From Bacteroidota bacterium (GTDB lineage Bacteria; Bacteroidota; Bacteroidia; NS11-12g; UBA955): a stretch of DNA of 64,000 nt. Numbering within the stretch: position 1 is the first letter of the stretch; each line of letters begins with the position of its first letter. Positions 1 through 7,012 of this stretch are shown here, piece after piece. Position numbers and translations under genes: made by a program. The notes beneath the pieces are model-generated. The model was not told the DNA's origin. It did no database searches and saw only the letters and a program-made list of their open reading frames with translations. The stretch lies in NCBI GenBank assembly GCA_023957335.1, contig JAMLHC010000002.1, forward strand, positions 179,441 through 243,440, read 5' to 3'.

Positions 1-1
1 T

Positions 2-3000
2 GAGTTTTTCTATGATTTGAAACCTGATAATGAAATGATGAAAAAACTCATTATGGCAGGGAATGTTAAGGAAGCAGGTTATCATTTTATTATCAAAGCA
101 GGAAAAGAAGTTGGAGTAGGTGATACCACTTGGATAGAATTAAGGGGTTGGAATACTTGTATGCCTTTGTTTGATTTGGAAGCAAGAGATTTTGTTGGAA
201 TGATGGTGCAGGCTTTGCCTAGCGGATTTGGAAACGGATGTGAGTGTTTGACTTGTCCTCAGGTTCAGGAACATGTTGATTCCCTTTTTAAAGAATATCC
301 TGATTTGCAATATAATCATCCAAATTATGCTAGTGTGTTGACTACATTCTTGAATAAACACTTGAATACAAATCTGAGTTTTGCTGAATACCAAACTTTT
401 ATGGAGGGTTGTGGGATGTTTAGTAGAATTGATTTACGTTCTAGTACTTGTGATTACAGAATTAGTGTTGCTTCTGGGTCGGATTGTGTAGCGCATTTGG
501 ACACTCAGTTACGGCATTTGTATGTTCAAACTTCTGAAGCATTGATGTATAGCAAAACAAAGGTGAGTGCAGACAGTATTGTCTATTGCATTGACTTGAG
601 TATGTTTGATGCTACAGGAAGGTTGTGGGCTGCCGATACATTGGAAATGATTTTAGCAGAAACAGGAAATTGCAGTGGAGCAAATAATCAGGAGGATTTT
701 GTGGGTACTTTTAGTAGGTTGTTAATCTTGACACAAACTGAACCAGCCTGCGATGGTAGAACACTGTCGGAAGTAGTGACTAACCAATCCTATAGTGACA
801 GTATTTCAATAACTTCGTATTATAGTCTAGAATGGCTTAATTATTTGAATGATAAAGATACTGGATATTATTACCAGTGGAATCATGCAGAGTTGAGTTT
901 TGCTAAGAGAGCTGATTTTGCGGATACTCTACAAGTGTGGGCATTGGCTTGTGATGATGTGCAGGAATTAGTGTTTCCTTTCCACAAGAGTGGTTATGCA
1001 GAAGGGTTTGCAGAATATGGAATTTGTAGAATTGTGGAAGAAGATACTTTCTGTAATGACTGTGAAGAGATAAGGCATGAATTAATAAAGTACCAATATG
1101 CTTTAGGAACACCATCGAATGAAAGCCCATTAAGGTATTGGACAAGTAAAGATATACGAAAAGTTTTAAAGGATAGCTTGAATGCTGACTATAGGGTTGT
1201 ATTTGAGAATGATGGTTGTCAAAATTGCCCTGATAAGAAGTTGTTTGTTTGTGAGCAATTGAGCGAGGGTGGAAATGCTTTTGCAACACTTCTAAATAAC
1301 TTATTAGCAGATGGGAATCTTTTTGAAAATCATGACTTGACATCAGATACGGCATTGTTGCGAAAGATGAATTTTACTGGAGCATTTAATAGTCCACAAT
1401 TACTGTTTAGTTCTAATATGTCTATTGATACTATTGGAGAATCTCCTGGGTGGGTTTTTGATACATTAGCTAGTTTATGGAATCTACAAATTAAGTTTAA
1501 CCAAAAAACCACTTTGAAGTTTAGTATTGTACTTGAAGGAGATGGAACTAGTTTTAGTGATATTAAAAGAATATTAAGTCTTAAACCTAAGGCAAATAAC
1601 GGTGAAGTATATAGTTTTGAGCTGGTATTATTAACAGAAAACGATGTTTTAAATGCCATTGGAGAAAGCAATGGTTTGGTGATGAGCAATTGTTGTGAAT
1701 ATAGAGAGTTGTTGTTGTGCCCAAAAACTATGAGCAGAGAAGGTTTGTACCCTGTTGCTAAACCTTGCAAAGCTGATGAAATTGCCAATGCTTGGGAACA
1801 GTCTGGAATTATGTACTTACAATATAAAGATTCCTTGCGCAGAGATTTTAAGAATAAGTATGTGGAACACTGTCTGAACAATGCTAGTGAAAATGCATTG
1901 ATGAAATACCGTGAACAACAGTATCATTATACTCTCTATCATTATGATTTGGCGGGCAACCTTATTAAAACTGTACCTCCAGGGGGTGTTGAATATTTGG
2001 ATATGAATGCATTGAGAACGGATAGTATTGCAGATGCCAGAGATGATTATGATAAGGATTTGCATGTTTTCACTAAACACGGATTGGCAAGTTTGTATGA
2101 GTACAACAGTTTGAACCAACCTGTGTGGCAAGCCACTCCTGATGGGGGTGTAAGTAAGTTTTGGTATGACCGTTTGGGCAGGTTGGTGGTGAGCCAAAAT
2201 GCAAAGCAGAAGCTGTTAGGCGATGTGTATAGCTATACTGTGTATGACAGTCTAGGCAGAATTAGAGAGGTGGGTGAAATAACGGGAGATGCGATAAATG
2301 AAGTGAGTTTGCGAGCGGAAGACGGATATGAGGAGTATTATATGGGGTGGGTTGATGCAGGCTTAAAAACCCAGATTACGCGCACTTGGTATGATGCACC
2401 CATGAGCGAAGATATTGATGATGCGTTTGGAGTGGCAGGACAACAGTATTTGAGAAATAGGGTGAGCAGTACAGCTTATTTTGAATATGCTCCTACAGGT
2501 GAATGGGAAACTGAGTTTACTCGCGCTACTCACTACAGCTATGATATTCATGGAAATGTGCATACATTAATTCAGGATTTGCCAGAGTTGGCAAGTGTGG
2601 GTCATAGGTTTAAGTATGTGAGGTATGACTATGATTTGGTAAGTGGGAATGTGAAGCGAGTGAGGTATCAAGAGAATGCAGGCGATGCTTTTTACCACCG
2701 CTATGAATATGATGCAGACAATCGTCTTGTGTTGACAGAAACGAGTTTGGATGAACGTATTTGGGATAGGGATGCAGAGTATGAGTACTATTTGCATGGA
2801 CCATTAGCGAGGGTGTTGATTGGAGAAAAAATGGTTCAAGGGGTGGATTATGCTTATTCGCTACATGGTTGGTTGAAAGGTGTGAACTCTGTGAGTTTGA
2901 ATGCGAATAGGGATATGGGAAGAGATGGTGTAAGTGGAGGAAGAAGGTATGTTGCACGGGATGCGTTTGGCTTTGCGTTGAACTATTACTATGATGCAAA

Positions 3001-5992
3001 TAGTGAGGCAGACTATGAAGCAATTGCACCAGGTGCGAACTGGAATGGAGGAAGGTTGGAAACACAACTGACAAGCGGAGCTAACCAACTTTTTAATGGA
3101 AACATAAACAGTATGGTTACAAGTGTTACTCCATTTATGGAAGGTGGACCGATGGCAACGGTGTATAGGTACGATCAGTTGAACAGGATTAAGGGGATGA
3201 AAACCTACAGGAATTTTAATCAAAGTACGAATGTGTGGAACAGTGGAGGGACGAGCAATTTCTTTGCTACAAACTATAGTTATGATGCAAATGGAAATAT
3301 ACTTTCTTTGAACAGGAACAGTGGTGATGGAAGCAAACTGGGAATGGATGCGTTGACGTATCATTACAAGGCAGGAACAAATCAGTTGGAGTATGTGGAC
3401 GATGCGGTGACTGCGGGAGAACATGAGAATGATGTGGATGATCAGGAAGAAGATAATTATGTGTATGATGCAATTGGAAACTTGGTGCAAGATGTGGCAG
3501 AAGGGATTGAAGCAATTGAGTGGAATGTGTATGGAAAAGTGCGGAGAATAGTAAGAAGTTCTTCAGCAGTTGACAAACCCGACTTGGAATTTAGGTATGA
3601 CGCGGGAGGTCAACGAGTGGTTAAGATAGTGAAAGATGGAGCCAACGAGATTGACTGGAAGTATCAGTACTATGTGCGAGATGCGCAAGGGAATGTGATG
3701 GCTACTTATGACAAGAAAAGTGTGGTAAGCGGTGATACAAGTGTGTATAGGAAGATTAATGAATGGCTAATAACTAATGAGGGAGGAACTGCATTTGGCG
3801 AGTTTGTGGATGGGGAGTTGAAGGGCGGACAATTTGACGGGGCATTGATTGAAGCTATAGTAGAATGGAGTGAAACGGAGAATGTTCTTAGTGGCTATGA
3901 TGCGTCAGACTTTTGGGGTTGGGATGCAAATATGGCATCTCTTATTATGCAGCAGATTGTTTCGTATGCAAGCCCTCCAACCGAATACGAAGAAGTGTTT
4001 GACCTTGTGTGGAACGGTGGTCTGTTCCTTTCGGTAAACGCTGCCATTGTAAACAGTTGCGGAGTGAGCACTCAGAATATGCTGCAAAACCTGCTTATGT
4101 CTGACATGTTGAACAACCATTTGCTAATGGGCTTATATACCCAAAGCGCAGGTACGTTTATAGCCATGTACAGCTCAATGGGGGGATTGCCTCCTTACAA
4201 CGCTCCGGGAATGATAAACTGGATGTGGATGAACTCCACCAACATAGGGATTGCCACAGAGATACTGAATTTTTACAGCCCAACGCAAATACAAACGGCT
4301 TTGGACGGAATGCCTTATGTGGTGATGAAGGATTTTGCGATAAACAATTTCAGCGATTTTGTGAATACAATAAATCTGTGTATGATTGCTCTTCCGGGTA
4401 ATTTCTGGAGTGGGTTCAGCAACCAGGGCATGCTGCGGGATATTATTATGAATCACAGTGCGGCAGAGTACCTGCTTGCGCTGGCAATGAGCAACGACCC
4501 TGACTTTGTGAAAAATGTGGCGGAGAATTACAGCTACCTTGTGGCGGAGGCGGTGCGCAAGCTGGACGGCATGAGCGTGGACGCCTACCTTGCCTTGGTG
4601 AGAAACCACTACGGAGACGGAGTGCTGGCGGATTTGCTTGCCGCTTTGAGCGAAGACCTTATCTTTACGCAAAAGTTTGTGCTGGATGAGCACCACCTGT
4701 ACGGCAGTAGCCGTTTGGGCGTGAAAACCCACAGGAGGGTGCTGCTGCGCAAGGAGTTTAGTATTAGTGGATTTGAGGAAGATGGCACTTATATTACGGA
4801 TGAGGTGACAGATTCGCTTGTTTATGTGGCTTCGAGTGAATACTTTTGTAGGGTGTTGGCACAAAAGCAATATGAGTTGAGTAATCATTTGGGCAATGTT
4901 CTTGCAACAGTGCTTGACCGTAGAACAGGTGTTTTTGATGAGGGAGCTGATACGCTGATGTATTATGTGGCGGATGTTGTGAGTGCTACTTTGTATTATC
5001 CGTTTGGGCAAGCAATGTTGAGTTATTCTAATATTGAATTTGCTTTTACATACGGGTTTAATGGGAAAGAGAAAGATGAAGAAGGAATGGGCGGTGGTGG
5101 TGCGACATATGATTACGGATTTAGAATTTACAATCCTCAAATTGCACGGTTTTTAAGTGTTGACCCACTCAGTTCCTCATTTCCTTGGTACACTCCTTAC
5201 CAATTTGCTGGAAACATGCCAATAATCGCTATTGATTTAGATGGTTTAGAAGAATTTGTAATTATTAGATGGTGGGAAAACGGAAAGTACAAGGGCACAA
5301 CAGTGACATATTTGCCTAACAAAGGGAGTGTGAGATTTTATAGGAACAATCCTCAATATGTTAACCATACAATGTATTTAGATATGGAATACAGTGAAAG
5401 GCAATATAATTTAATGCATGGCGGAAAAATATTTAAAACAATGAAGGTCGGAGATAAAATTTTGATTAGTGCTCTTTCAGACGAAGCGAGATCTATAATA
5501 TACAATACAGATAATAACCAGACAAAACCCAAAGAAGGTTCAATATTGACCCCAACACCTGTTAATGAAAAAGAGAGAATTAAAGCAAATCAACAAAAAG
5601 CTGCATTTAGCCCTGAGAATAATAGGTGGGGTGGAAGCGAGATAACTCCAAAAGTCACTAATTTACATTATAATACTGACAATAGTGACCCACTTGTTCT
5701 ATCGCAGAGTGTTATTGACGGGTTTGCTGCTGCGCTTCTAATTAATCCAGATTATGTAATTAGAATTACTGGGCATACAGACAATGTTGGCACTGATCAA
5801 TATAATAGAGATCTAGGATTAAGAAGAGCAGAAGAAACTAGAGATTATTTAATATCAAAAGGAATATCCCCTGATAGAATTGTAGTTGAAACACAGGGTG
5901 AGTCAAATCCTATAAGTTCAAATGAGACTAGTGAAGGCAGAGCTCAAAACAGAAGAGTAGAAATTAGTATAGAACCCCAAAGATTAAATTAA
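2..5992 (+). CDS. Rhs/YD-repeat family polymorphic toxin, 5' end outside the window; Rhs core ends at DLDGL (5234-5248); the C-terminal tip carries an OmpA-like peptidoglycan-binding domain
   Basis: The frame is open from nt 2; the listed first codon at 17 is TTG and there is no upstream stop. Many YD repeats are present (YHYDLAGNLI, YEYNSLNQPV, WYDRLGRLV, YSYDIHGNV, YDYDLVSGNV, YEYDADNRLV, YRYDQLNRI, YSYDANGNIL, YVYDAIGNLV, FRYDAGGQRV). The Rhs-associated core tail reads YDYGFRIYNPQIARFLSVDPL..PWYTPYQFAGNMPIIAIDLDGLEE. It is followed by ITGHTDNVGTDQYNRDLGLRRAEETRDYL...NRRVEISI, an OmpA C-terminal type motif. Confidence 0.9.
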   Translation, partial: EFFYDLKPDNEMMKKLIMAGNVKEAGYHFIIKAGKEVGVGDTTWIELRGWNTCMPLFDLEARDFVGMMVQALPSGFGNGCECLTCPQVQEHVDSLFKEYPDLQYNHPNYASVLTTFLNKHLNTNLSFAEYQTFMEGCGMFSRIDLRSSTCDYRISVASGSDCVAHLDTQLRHLYVQTSEALMYSKTKVSADSIVYCIDLSMFDATGRLWAADTLEMILAETGNCSGANNQEDFVGTFSRLLILTQTEPACDGRTLSEVVTNQSYSDSISITSYYSLEWLNYLNDKDTGYYYQWNHAELSFAKRADFADTLQVWALACDDVQELVFPFHKSGYAEGFAEYGICRIVEEDTFCNDCEEIRHELIKYQYALGTPSNESPLRYWTSKDIRKVLKDSLNADYRVVFENDGCQNCPDKKLFVCEQLSEGGNAFATLLNNLLADGNLFENHDLTSDTALLRKMNFTGAFNSPQLLFSSNMSIDTIGESPGWVFDTLASLWNLQIKFNQKTTLKFSIVLEGDGTSFSDIKRILSLKPKANNGEVYSFELVLLTENDVLNAIGESNGLVMSNCCEYRELLLCPKTMSREGLYPVAKPCKADEIANAWEQSGIMYLQYKDSLRRDFKNKYVEHCLNNASENALMKYREQQYHYTLYHYDLAGNLIKTVPPGGVEYLDMNALRTDSIADARDDYDKDLHVFTKHGLASLYEYNSLNQPVWQATPDGGVSKFWYDRLGRLVVSQNAKQKLLGDVYSYTVYDSLGRIREVGEITGDAINEVSLRAEDGYEEYYMGWVDAGLKTQITRTWYDAPMSEDIDDAFGVAGQQYLRNRVSSTAYFEYAPTGEWETEFTRATHYSYDIHGNVHTLIQDLPELASVGHRFKYVRYDYDLVSGNVKRVRYQENAGDAFYHRYEYDADNRLVLTETSLDERIWDRDAEYEYYLHGPLARVLIGEKMVQGVDYAYSLHGWLKGVNSVSLNANRDMGRDGVSGGRRYVARDAFGFALNYYYDANSEADYEAIAPGANWNGGRLETQLTSGANQLFNGNINSMVTSVTPFMEGGPMATVYRYDQLNRIKGMKTYRNFNQSTNVWNSGGTSNFFATNYSYDANGNILSLNRNSGDGSKLGMDALTYHYKAGTNQLEYVDDAVTAGEHENDVDDQEEDNYVYDAIGNLVQDVAEGIEAIEWNVYGKVRRIVRSSSAVDKPDLEFRYDAGGQRVVKIVKDGANEIDWKYQYYVRDAQGNVMATYDKKSVVSGDTSVYRKINEWLITNEGGTAFGEFVDGELKGGQFDGALIEAIVEWSETENVLSGYDASDFWGWDANMASLIMQQIVSYASPPTEYEEVFDLVWNGGLFLSVNAAIVNSCGVSTQNMLQNLLMSDMLNNHLLMGLYTQSAGTFIAMYSSMGGLPPYNAPGMINWMWMNSTNIGIATEILNFYSPTQIQTALDGMPYVVMKDFAINNFSDFVNTINLCMIALPGNFWSGFSNQGMLRDIIMNHSAAEYLLALAMSNDPDFVKNVAENYSYLVAEAVRKLDGMSVDAYLALVRNHYGDGVLADLLAALSEDLIFTQKFVLDEHHLYGSSRLGVKTHRRVLLRKEFSISGFEEDGTYITDEVTDSLVYVASSEYFCRVLAQKQYELSNHLGNVLATVLDRRTGVFDEGADTLMYYVADVVSATLYYPFGQAMLSYSNIEFAFTYGFNGKEKDEEGMGGGGATYDYGFRIYNPQIARFLSVDPLSSSFPWYTPYQFAGNMPIIAIDLDGLEEFVIIRWWENGKYKGTTVTYLPNKGSVRFYRNNPQYVNHTMYLDMEYSERQYNLMHGGKIFKTMKVGDKILISALSDEARSIIYNTDNNQTKPKEGSILTPTPVNEKERIKANQQKAAFSPENNRWGGSEITPKVTNLHYNTDNSDPLVLSQSVIDGFAAALLINPDYVIRITGHTDNVGTDQYNRDLGLRRAEETRDYLISKGISPDRIVVETQGESNPISSNETSEGRAQNRRVEISIEPQRLN

Positions 5993-5993
5993 T

Positions 5994-6758
5994 ATGAAAA
6001 TAATACTTGTTTTAACTTCAATTTTTATTTCGTTTTTATTGGGATTTTCATTTCGAAATCACCACTTTAATAAATTAAGCGCTTCTAATTCTGCCAAAAT
6101 GCAAATTTCCAACGTTGATACAAGCAGGTTTGAAAACGTTTTAGAAATGTATGAAGATATATTCTCTGAAAACTTAAGGATAACTGATATCTATATTGAT
6201 AGTTTATTTTGTTACCCAAACATGAGAGACAGTGAAGACATAACATCAGACCCATATATGACTTTAGAAGACTACTTCTATAATAACTGTATCATTGCAT
6301 TAAAAATGGTTAATATTGACAATACTAAAGATATTTTTAGTATTAATAAAAACGGATTCTGTACATTGATAATTGAAAAGAATAAAGAAAAACTAAGGAA
6401 AATAACATATTTAAATAGTGGAATTGAAACAATCGTTAATATAGGAGAATTGGATGAAATAAGTGTGCATAACACTATAAATGGGGATACTGTTGGAAAT
6501 GCCCTATGGATTGATAAAAACTCAAAGCTTACTCGATTATATCAAAACAATTTAGATTCTTTCAGTATAAACTATGTTAAGGTAAATACAACATTTGATA
6601 CAGTGAAAAACAATAGCCCTTTTGTTGAAGTAAATACAACCACAATTGTAACAAATCCTATAAAATATGGCTTTGACTACTTTTTCGATAATAATAATAA
6701 TACTGTTAGAAAAAGAACTCATTTTAATGGCGATTCTATTTCTACTATTCAGAGGTGA
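5994..6758 (+). CDS. putative cognate immunity/partner protein of the resident Rhs tip (imm1), signal-anchored
   Basis: The ATG lies 2 nt after the rhs stop. The N-terminus is hydrophobic (MKIILVLTSIFISFLLGF). The ORF is very AT-rich and shows no enzymatic motif. Function is assigned by position only. Confidence 0.55.
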   Translation: MKIILVLTSIFISFLLGFSFRNHHFNKLSASNSAKMQISNVDTSRFENVLEMYEDIFSENLRITDIYIDSLFCYPNMRDSEDITSDPYMTLEDYFYNNCIIALKMVNIDNTKDIFSINKNGFCTLIIEKNKEKLRKITYLNSGIETIVNIGELDEISVHNTINGDTVGNALWIDKNSKLTRLYQNNLDSFSINYVKVNTTFDTVKNNSPFVEVNTTTIVTNPIKYGFDYFFDNNNNTVRKRTHFNGDSISTIQR

Positions 6759-6766
6759 AGGGGGTA

Positions 6767-6794
6767 GGTAGTGTTGTAGATGTGTTGATTTTAC
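6767..6794 (+). repeat. G/T-rich cassette-junction motif, type 1 (GGTAGTGTTGTAGATGTGTTGATTTTAC)
   Basis: 26 of 28 nt are identical to 8701-8728. It shares the 14-nt core GGTAGTGTTGTAGA with 6805-6818 and with the reverse complement of 12158-12171. Confidence 0.8.
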
Positions 6795-6801
6795 ATTTTA
6801 A

Positions 6802-6821
6802 CAAGGTAGTGTTGTAGATTT
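6802..6821 (+). repeat. G/T-rich cassette-junction motif, type 2 (CAAGGTAGTGTTGTAGATTT); left arm of a perfect 20-bp inverted repeat
   Basis: Its exact reverse complement, AAATCTACAACACTACCTTG, is at 12155-12174. Confidence 0.85.
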
Positions 6822-6892
6822 GGTGTTTTGAGAAAAACCAGAACTTAACCTACTAAAAACCAAAGAAAAGTATCTTTCAGCAATAACAAAAA

Positions 6893-6918
6893 AGCGGATA
6901 TAAAGTCCGCTCATTTTT
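6893..6918 (+). terminator. Rho-independent terminator after imm1
   Basis: The stem is AGCGGA / TCCGCT with loop TATAAAG, followed by CATTTTT. Confidence 0.6.
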
Positions 6919-6946
6919 CTAATAAAATCATTTAAGAAAAACTTTT

Positions 6947-7012
6947 TATCTTCGCTCTACCAAACATGAGAAATTACCATCAAAATACCGCCAGTTTTTA
7001 CAACCCGTTTGG
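6947..7012 (+). repeat. conserved class-A orphan leader plus first codons (TATCTTCG..ATG..SFYNPFG); inverted partner at 11923-11988
   Basis: Hand alignment against the reverse complement of 11923-11988 gives 55 of 66 identical positions. It contains TATCTTCG, one mismatch from the Bacteroidota -7 box TAnnTTTG, 11 nt upstream of the ATG. Confidence 0.75.

Noticed and set aside
140-3515. A series of 60-210-aa minus-strand ORFs within the rhs gene (for example 903-1355, 1330-1881, 2610-3074, 2861-3490)
   Set aside because: All are antisense to the Rhs reading frame. Their translations are H/S/I-rich and implausible, and they have no start context.
4175-5140. 321-aa ORF on the minus strand inside the rhs gene
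   Set aside because: It is antisense to a strongly supported Rhs core. Its product is H/R/K/Q-rich and low in complexity. The open frame is explained by the GC-richer, stop-poor core sequence.
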